Source: Calditrichia bacterium (GTDB lineage Bacteria > Calditrichota > Calditrichia > RBG-13-44-9). From it: DNA of 15,995 nucleotides. The stretch is from NCBI GenBank assembly GCA_037381445.1, contig JARRQT010000077.1, forward strand, positions 1 to 15,995, given 5' to 3'. A program made the translations under genes and the position numbers. Shown piece after piece: positions 9,392 to 15,995 of this stretch. Each line of letters starts with the position of its first letter. Within the stretch, counting starts at the first letter, position 1. The notes under the pieces are model-generated. The model saw only the letters and a program-made list of their open reading frames with translations, ran no database searches and was not told the origin of the DNA.

Positions 9392-9949
9392 ATGAAAATT
9401 TACGGTTACTGTTTGTTTCTGGCAGCCATATTGGTTCTCCTGGCGGGATGTCAGCAGCAAGAAGAGGCAGTACAAAAGCAGGGTTCGGTTACTGCAAAAA
9501 TCGCTGAACCGGATTCATTATTATTACTTGCCGAAATAATCCCGTTGGGAAGCGGCTATGCTTCAGTGAAAAAAGAAATTCCTGCGCTGTCCGAACTTAA
9601 AGATCGGGGCTATGACAGGATGGCCCAATTTCAAACGTCGGTTTTAAATCAGGTTGCCAGGGTGCAGTTTCTCTTCACCACCGCCGACAGTCTCTACAAC
9701 ATCATGTTCACCCTCACCAAAAACCTGGATTGTTCTGTGGCCGATTCACTTTACGGGAAACTACAGGATTTTTACGGATCAAAATTCGGCAAATATGAAG
9801 AAGAGGAAGAGCCTGATCCCGGCGCCTCCCCTTACCCTATCTTTCGCGTCAGCCGGTGGTACACCGGCAAGTTCGAGGTGGTGGTGGGAAATAATGAATA
9901 TGATGAATTCTGTATCCTCTCCTGGGGATTTCAGCGCAGTTCGCGCTGA
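9392..9949 (+). CDS. Hypothetical lipoprotein
   Basis: ATG at 9392 after GAGGA gives MKIYGYCLFLAAILVLLAG-C with a canonical LAGC lipobox. Confidence 0.75.
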   Translation: MKIYGYCLFLAAILVLLAGCQQQEEAVQKQGSVTAKIAEPDSLLLLAEIIPLGSGYASVKKEIPALSELKDRGYDRMAQFQTSVLNQVARVQFLFTTADSLYNIMFTLTKNLDCSVADSLYGKLQDFYGSKFGKYEEEEEPDPGASPYPIFRVSRWYTGKFEVVVGNNEYDEFCILSWGFQRSSR

Positions 9950-10125
9950 GAGGAAATTGCATCAAAATTGGTTAAAACGAAATAATATCTGTTATTGACC
10001 AAATGACGAAATAGTGGTTTGAAACCTCTGGCGGCTATTTTCATACAACATACATATGAGATGAAATCCTCACAGTGAAGTGTGCTTTATCAGCCTGAAC
10101 AAAACCAGAAGGAGGAGGAGTCATC

Positions 10126-10338
10126 ATGCCGGATAGTATCTATAAAATCATCGAGGTTGTTGGCACCAGCACAGTTTCCTGGGAAGAGGCGGCGAAAAAA
10201 GCCGTGGATAAGGCGGGCAAAACCCTGGAGGATCTGCGGATCGCGGAAGTCACGGCCCAGGATCTGAAACTGGAAAATAACAAAGTGGTTGCATATCGCA
10301 CCCGCCTGCGGCTCTCTTTTAAATTCCGCGAGGGATAG
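10126..10338 (+). CDS. Dodecin family protein (flavin/nucleotide-binding)
   Basis: 70 aa with YKIIEVVGTS..SWEEAAKKAV..A.KTL.DLRIAEV and YR.RL.LSFK motifs. Very strong GGAGGAGG RBS. Confidence 0.93.
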   Translation: MPDSIYKIIEVVGTSTVSWEEAAKKAVDKAGKTLEDLRIAEVTAQDLKLENNKVVAYRTRLRLSFKFREG

Positions 10339-10528
10339 GGCCATTTTGTTTCTTGAATGAAAATGTGTAAAATGGAAGGTATGCCGCTCGACGGAAGCAG
10401 GTAAACTGCGTGCAGCGGAAGACAGCTTCATGGTAAAAAGATGTCTAATCTGCATTTTGGAAGGCAGAAAAAGAGCGCAGTATCTGCTAACAATAAATTG
10501 AATCAAATTGACCAAAAGGGAGAATGGA

Positions 10529-11002
10529 ATGGCAACTCAGGATTCAGATGACAGAGTTAATGTAGGCAGACTGGAACGTTTGCTCTCCATACTGGGCGGC
10601 GGATCGCTGCTGATATATGCATTCAGGCGCGGCTCATTTCGCAGCCTGCTGGCGGCTTTTCTGGGCGCGGAATTTATTTATCGCGGCGCCAAGGGCCACT
10701 GTGTGTTATATGACCTGCTGGATGTCAGCACAGCGGAAACAGAGGAAATCATAAAAGAAAAGGTACAGGAACTTCGTGCAAAGCCTGCGAATGCAGAGCA
10801 GCAGCCGCCGGAAAAGGCAGCAAGGGAGGCAGGGGCAAGTCTGCAGCCGCAGGCGAAAACGGCAGCCAAAAAGTCCGGATCCCCAAAATATGAAGAAATG
10901 AGCAAAGAGGAGCTGTATGAAAAAGCCAAGGAACTCGACATCGCCGGCCGGTCAAAAATGAGCAAGGAAGCGCTCATCAAAGCCCTGCGGGCCAAATCCT
11001 AG
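10529..11002 (+). CDS. DUF2892 (YgaP-like) membrane domain fused to a C-terminal Rho-N-like helical domain
   Basis: NVG..ER..S..GG..L....RG..GHC.LY..L.VST (DUF2892), an Ala/Lys/Gln/Pro-rich linker, then YEEMSKEELYEKAKELDIAGRSKMSKEALIKAL. ATG at 10529 follows GGGAG. Confidence 0.8.
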   Translation: MATQDSDDRVNVGRLERLLSILGGGSLLIYAFRRGSFRSLLAAFLGAEFIYRGAKGHCVLYDLLDVSTAETEEIIKEKVQELRAKPANAEQQPPEKAAREAGASLQPQAKTAAKKSGSPKYEEMSKEELYEKAKELDIAGRSKMSKEALIKALRAKS

Positions 11003-11049
11003 GAAACATGCGATGATTATGAATTTCTATTTGTCATCCAATGATGCGG

Positions 11050-11080
11050 AAAAAAAGAAAGCCCCCGATTTCGGGAGCTT
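11050..11080 (-). terminator. Intrinsic terminator with minus-strand polarity (possibly bidirectional)
   Basis: The minus strand reads AAGCUCCCG-AAAU-CGGGGGCUU-UCUUUUUUU: a 9-bp stem with one G-U pair, followed by a U tract. Confidence 0.65.
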
Positions 11081-11838
11081 GCCTATGTGAAAAGCTCCAT
11101 ATTTAAATAGAGATTTTCTTTCCTTTTCTCAACCCATGCCTGATACGGCACGTGTCATGCACTGTTCCCGAAAAAAGAAATTTGTCTTGGATTTCTTAAA
11201 TGTTTCAAAATTCCGAAACAATTAGAAAACTTATCTCATCTGCGGCAGGAGATCTCAATATATTTTAAGCGGGATGCGCTGAGATCTTCTTCAAAGATTA
11301 GTATGACGGATTCTGTTTCATTATGCGTGTTAGAAAAATATCAAGTTGTTGCTGATCCGGCGCAGTCCATTGCCCGGAACAAATCGTTGCGCTTCGTGTT
11401 TTTTATCTGTGCGGGCAATCTTGTCTGCTTGAATTGTTGATTATCGTTCATTAATAATGGAAGCAGCAGGGAGTTAAACCGGTGCTTTTCTTTTTATAAT
11501 TTCGTGGTTTGTGCCTGTTTGATTTCTTTCTGGAGGGAAGCATGCGGTCTGATATCTGGACCGGTTATTCGAAATTAATGATCCTGTGAAAGCAAAAAAT
11601 CGCTGATTTTTGAAATTGTTTAAAGCGGAAAATTATTGCATTTTCTGGAAATAACAGGCGCAGAGAGTATAAGACACTTTGCTGATATGGATCTTTTGCA
11701 GGGTGCGGATGATGGCCGGTATCCGGCAGGTCAGCATCACTCAAAATTCATTTATATTTGCGACGGCATAAATACCGATTTGATATCCGGCAGGCGTATT
11801 TCCTGTTGAATATGACTATAAGGAGAAGGAGCTTGTAA

Positions 11839-13116
11839 ATGGAGACAAAACTTAAATTGTATAATTCCCGGTCCGGCGCGGTGGAAGTCTTTGAACCCAA
11901 AGGTGACCCGGTGACCATGTATGTCTGCGGAATAACGCCCTACGACACCACGCATCTGGGCCACATTTTTACCTATGCTTCCGCCGATGTGCTGATTCGT
12001 TTTCTCCGTTACCAGGGATTCAGGGTAAAATATGTTCAGAATCTTACCGATATAGACGATCCCATCCTGCGGGAAGCAAAGAAACAAAATGAAGACTGGA
12101 AGGAGTTGGGCAACCGCTGGACGATCCGGTTCATCGAAGACATGAGACTTTTAAATGTAAAGGCGCCGGATATATTCCCCAGAGCGACGGATGTCATCTC
12201 CGGCATCATCGCGATAACTAAGAAATTGCTGAAAAATGGGTGTGCCTACCAGGCCGAGGGAAATGTTTATTTCGAAATCAGGAAATGGAAGGACTTCGGG
12301 AAAATGAGCGGAATCCCCCGCGAGCAAATGCTCTCCGTCGCCAATCAACGGGGGAATCACCCGGATGATCCCAATAAACGGGATCCGCTGGATTTCCCGC
12401 TGTGGCAGGCGCAGCAGGCCGGCGAGCCCGCCTGGGAAAGTCCCTGGGGACCGGGCCGGCCCGGCTGGCATATCGAGTGCTCCACCATGTCCAGCCAGTT
12501 TCTGGGGGACACCATCGATATCCACGGCGGCGGCTCCGACCTCATTTTTCCCCATCACGAGGGGGAAATTGCCCAGTCCGAATGCGCTACCGGCAGACAC
12601 CCTTTCGTTCGCTACTGGTTTCATACCGCGATGGTCCATTACCGGGGCAAAAAGATCAGCAAATCCCTCGGCAACCTGATCATGGTGCGGGACGTTTTGA
12701 AAAACTGCTCACCGGACGGATTGCGCCTTTATCTGGCCAATCATAAATACCGGGACAAATGGGAATATAACGAAGCCGAACTGGCGGACGCCGAACGGAT
12801 GCTGGAAAAATGGAAAAAAGCTCTTTTCGTAACAGGCGGGCCCCGCACGGCTGCGGCACTGGAGGCAGAGAACCAGCGGACGGCTTTCCTCGAGGCACTG
12901 GCAAATGATTTGAATACGCCTCTGGCTGTGCGGGAGCTGGACAAGCTGGCGGAGCGTGTTTTGTCAGCAAACGAGAGAAGGGAAAACCTGAAGAATGCCC
13001 AGCGGATACTGGCGGAGATGACCGTGCTGCTGGGTCTGCACCTGGATTCACCGGAAGCGGAAAATGATGTTTTGGCCGGCTGGGACGATCATCTGAGAAA
13101 ATTTCAGAAGCAGTGA
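11839..13116 (+). CDS. Cysteine--tRNA ligase family protein (class I), MshC-like paralog lacking the anticodon-binding domain
   Basis: MYVCGITPYDTTHLGH, YVQNLTDIDDP, GRPGWHIECS, GGGSDLIFPHH, KISKSLGN and ALANDLNTP motifs. The protein ends shortly after LLGLHL. AAGGAG RBS. Confidence 0.88.
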   Translation: METKLKLYNSRSGAVEVFEPKGDPVTMYVCGITPYDTTHLGHIFTYASADVLIRFLRYQGFRVKYVQNLTDIDDPILREAKKQNEDWKELGNRWTIRFIEDMRLLNVKAPDIFPRATDVISGIIAITKKLLKNGCAYQAEGNVYFEIRKWKDFGKMSGIPREQMLSVANQRGNHPDDPNKRDPLDFPLWQAQQAGEPAWESPWGPGRPGWHIECSTMSSQFLGDTIDIHGGGSDLIFPHHEGEIAQSECATGRHPFVRYWFHTAMVHYRGKKISKSLGNLIMVRDVLKNCSPDGLRLYLANHKYRDKWEYNEAELADAERMLEKWKKALFVTGGPRTAAALEAENQRTAFLEALANDLNTPLAVRELDKLAERVLSANERRENLKNAQRILAEMTVLLGLHLDSPEAENDVLAGWDDHLRKFQKQ

Positions 13117-13259
13117 AATCAAGCGGAATTATGAGCTTGCAGTGCTTTATTTACCGGCTTCATATACGGGAAATAAATGCAAAATCGCGGATACCAATGT
13201 GCTATCCAAGGCAGAATATTTTTTCAGAAAGGCCGGATCAGCGAAAAGGAGCATGGGAC

Positions 13260-13547
13260 ATGAACAGAATGCCTGAGGTTTACGATAATGCTGCTGTTGT
13301 AAAAAAGGAGCTTAATGCTGCAGAGGAGGCGGTGATATATGCGTTTCCCCGGGCTGCAGCCTGGCTGGTTGATCAAGATTATGAACCGGAATTAACGGCC
13401 GGCGAGGCGGTTAAAATCTCCAAATGGGAGAGTGAGCTGATTATCGTTCCGGTCAACTGGGAACGGGACCCTGAAACCTGGCAATGGGCATGGCGGGAAG
13501 TGGGAAAACCGTACCGCAGAGAGATTGAAGCAGGCGGACAGATATAG
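13260..13547 (+). CDS. Hypothetical protein (95 aa, Trp-rich C-terminus)
   Basis: ATG at 13260 follows AAGGAG (13246-13251). The upstream extension in the ORF track looks non-coding. Confidence 0.65.
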   Translation: MNRMPEVYDNAAVVKKELNAAEEAVIYAFPRAAAWLVDQDYEPELTAGEAVKISKWESELIIVPVNWERDPETWQWAWREVGKPYRREIEAGGQI

Positions 13548-13866
13548 CCCTGGTTCAATCAGATTTTTGCCGCAGGAATCAATTCATCTTAATTAGAAGA
13601 TGAACTGTCTTGCCAATTCTGATTTTTGATTCCGCTCCCGACCCCGCATCCCGGGCGTGAAACTCACAGAATTGCCGCCAGTATAAACTGACAGTCATAA
13701 CTGGCTTTGCGCAATATTTTGGGAAAGGAGCATATCAGCGGGCGGAATCTTTTCCCGATATATCTTTTGGACATTATGTGCCGGTCTCTATATTTTCTTC
13801 CTGGGCTGTGATCTCAAAATAGCCGTGGAGAGAGGCGCGGGCTTTCAACAGAAAGGTAAGAATTTT

Positions 13867-14292
13867 ATGAAATACAAAGTTCAAAAAAGTGACAGGGAAT
13901 GGAAAGAGCAGCTTACCGAGGAGCAGTACCGCATCACCCGGAAGAAGGGAACGGAACCTGCTTTTTCGGGAAAATATAATGATTTTAAAGAAAAGGGCGT
14001 GTACAGGTGTGTCTGCTGCGGAAATGAACTCTTCAGTTCGGAAACCAAATACAAATCCGGTTCCGGCTGGCCCAGTTTCTATGCTCCAATCACCGGAGAC
14101 CATATCGAAGAAGAGGAGGACAACAGTTTCTTAATGAAACGGACCGAGGTTATCTGCAGCAGGTGCGGCGCCCATCTGGGGCATGTTTTTGATGACGGCC
14201 CGCGGCCCACCGGATTGCGCTACTGCATTAACTCCGCTGCGCTGCAATTTGAGGGTAAAAAAGAGAAGGATGAAATTAAGAAAGATGAATGA
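13867..14292 (+). CDS. msrB: Peptide-methionine (R)-S-oxide reductase MsrB
   Basis: [39 protein letters not shown], plus two Zn-binding CxxC motifs (CVCC, CSRC). ATG at 13867. Confidence 0.97.
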   Translation: MKYKVQKSDREWKEQLTEEQYRITRKKGTEPAFSGKYNDFKEKGVYRCVCCGNELFSSETKYKSGSGWPSFYAPITGDHIEEEEDNSFLMKRTEVICSRCGAHLGHVFDDGPRPTGLRYCINSAALQFEGKKEKDEIKKDE

Positions 14293-14401
14293 AGAAAATT
14301 CCAGACATTTTCTCAAATCGATTCTTAAAATTTTTATTCTGTGCGCCATTATCGGGATTTTCCTGTGGCAGATCAGTATGGGAATCTGCCCGGTGCCCTG
14401 A
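14285..14401 (+). CDS. Putative small single-pass membrane protein (38 aa)
   Basis: [38 protein letters not shown]. The start overlaps the msrB stop (ATGAATGA) and there is one clean hydrophobic helix. Confidence 0.55.
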   Translation: MNEENSRHFLKSILKIFILCAIIGIFLWQISMGICPVP

Positions 14402-14489
14402 TTCCTAGAAAGGGACGCATGGTGAATTCCGTTGGCGATACTTAAATTGACCGGAGCTGAATGGAATATACAGATGGGAGGTTATGTTC

Positions 14490-15235
14490 ATGACGCAGAC
14501 CATTAAGAGCACGGCTAAACTCAATAACGGAGTGGAAATCCCCCTTCTCGGTCTGGGAGTTTTCAAAGCTTCACCGGGCAGGGAAACCCGCGATGCGGTT
14601 TTATATGCATTGAAGGCCGGATACCGGCACATCGACACGGCCGCCATGTACGGAAACGAGCGGGATGTGGGAGAAGCGGTCCGGGAGAGCGGAATTCCCC
14701 GGGAAGAGGTCTTTATCACCACCAAATTATGGAACAGTGATCACGGATATGACCGCGCGCTCCGGGCCTTCCGGAAAAGCCTGGATAACCTGGGAATGGA
14801 TTACGTGGATTTGTATCTTATTCACTGGCCGGTGGAAGACCGGCGCGTGGAAACCTGGAATGCACTCTTTAAGCTCTGGGAAGATATAAAATGCATGGCC
14901 ATCTGGGTCAGCAATTTTACCATCGTCCATCTTGAAGAACTGCTCTCCCGTTCATCCGTGGTCCCGGCGATCAACCTGGTTGAATCCGGGGCCGAAGGCT
15001 GGATCACAAGACCATAACTTCCATTGCGCAGAAATATCATAAGACCGCACCTCAGGTCATGATCCGCTGGGCCCTGCAGCATAATATTGTGGTAATTCCC
15101 AAGTCTGTTCACCAGCAATATATTGAACAAAACGCCGATGTGTTCGATTTCAGTTTATCCGATGAGGACATGGCGAAACTGGATTCCCTCAATGAGGATT
15201 TCAGGGTGGCCTGGGATCCCAGTTCCATTCGTTGA
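14490..15235 (+). pseudogene. Aldo/keto reductase (AKR5 / 2,5-DKG reductase-like), disrupted by an internal deletion and frameshift near 14985
   Basis: 5' frame: GYRHIDTAAMYGNE, FITTKLWN, DLYLIHWP. After ..PAINLVE the homology resumes in a different frame at 14987: RGRRLDH..AQKYHKTAPQVMIRWALQH..VIPKS..NADVFDFSLSDEDM..AWDPSSIR, with TGA at 15233-15235. GGAGG RBS at 14477-14481. Confidence 0.85.
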
Positions 15236-15313
15236 TAAAATTGAAATGCAATATAGCGACGGCCTGAATAAATAAAATCAATCTATTTAGAATTGGAGAA
15301 AAAGGAGGAAAAT

Positions 15314-15995
15314 ATGATGAAACATCGCAAATTAGGCACACAGGGGCTGGAAGTATCTCTGATGGGTCTGGGCTGTATGGGAATGTCCGAATTTTATGGA
15401 ACCGGAGATGAGAAGGAGTCCATTGCCACCATCCATCGCGCTCTGGAACTGGGTATTACTTTTATTGATACCGCTGACATGTACGGACCGTTCACCAACG
15501 AGAAGCTGGTGGGGAAAGCGATTAGGGACCGCCGGGATAAGGTGGTGCTGGCCACCAAATTCGGCATTCAGCGGGGGGACAATCCCTCAAAACGGCAGAT
15601 CAACGGCAGTCCGGAGTATGTGCATTCGGCCTGTGATGCCTCGCTGCAGCGTCTGGGCATCGATCATATTGACCTGTATTACCAGCACCGGGTGGACCCC
15701 GATGTTCCCATTGAGGAAACCGTGGGGGCCATGGCCGAACTGGTCAAGGCAGGCAAAGTACGCTACCTGGGATTGTCGGAAGCGGGGCCGCAGACCATAA
15801 AGCGGGCCCACAAAGTGCATCCCATTTCTGCCCTTCAAACCGAATATTCATTATGGAGCCGGGATCCCGAAGATGAAATCCTGCCCACGGTGCGGGAGCT
15901 GGGGATTGGTTTCGTGGCCTACAGTCCGCTGGGCCGCGGCTTTTTGACCGGCAGATTCAAGACCATTGATGATTTCGAAGAAAATGATTACCGGC
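15314..15995 (+). CDS. Aldo/keto reductase (AKR13-like), truncated by the window end
   Basis: Not in the ORF track because there is no stop in the window. Own translation: [92 protein letters not shown] at 15303-15308. Confidence 0.95.
   Translation, partial: MMKHRKLGTQGLEVSLMGLGCMGMSEFYGTGDEKESIATIHRALELGITFIDTADMYGPFTNEKLVGKAIRDRRDKVVLATKFGIQRGDNPSKRQINGSPEYVHSACDASLQRLGIDHIDLYYQHRVDPDVPIEETVGAMAELVKAGKVRYLGLSEAGPQTIKRAHKVHPISALQTEYSLWSRDPEDEILPTVRELGIGFVAYSPLGRGFLTGRFKTIDDFEENDYR

Noticed and set aside
11600..11838. T-box riboswitch upstream of a CysRS-like gene
   Set aside because: No T-box consensus (GGTGGTACCGCG-like) and no terminator ahead of the start codon.
13113..13259. N-terminal extensions given by the ORF track (also at 1938, 9317, 10508, 13825)
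   Set aside because: Downstream ATGs have better RBSs and match domain or signal-peptide boundaries.
13670..13716. Possible structured RNA upstream of msrB (GCCAGT...ACTGGC stem)
   Set aside because: The stem is short, with no recognisable riboswitch consensus or expression platform.
14224..14226. Selenocysteine MsrB
   Set aside because: The catalytic codon in RYCINS is TGC (Cys), with no in-frame TGA.
14970..15000. Programmed ribosomal frameshift in the aldo/keto reductase
   Set aside because: No slippery sequence, and a conserved block of about 30 codons is missing, so frameshifting would not restore a complete enzyme.
15396..15800. 134-aa + strand ORF in the ORF track
   Set aside because: It is an alternative frame inside the real aldo/keto reductase that starts at 15314 and runs off the window.

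Overview
Chromosomal window of a bacterium, probably diderm (periplasmic adaptor and lipoproteins; the taxonomy is inferred and unverified). All supported genes are on the + strand. It opens with a 5S rRNA gene, followed by a MacAB-type ABC efflux operon (adaptor, ATPase, two paralogous permeases) behind an ECF-sigma-like promoter, and a RidA-family gene. Next is a cytoplasmic trypsin-fold (Nal1-like) serine protease followed by a 75-aa ORF that resembles a stand-alone copy of the protease's own N-terminal domain, then a lipoprotein. The middle holds SUI1/YciH, a hypothetical gene, a NfeD-like gene and a second lipoprotein. The remainder is a stress/redox-flavoured cluster: dodecin, a DUF2892/Rho-N fusion, an MshC-like CysRS paralog lacking the anticodon-binding domain, msrB with a coupled 38-aa membrane peptide, a disrupted aldo/keto reductase, and a second aldo/keto reductase cut by the window end. 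The best candidates for something new are the protease plus free N-domain pair and the MshC-like ligase in a redox neighbourhood. No mobile element, CRISPR array or tRNA was seen.
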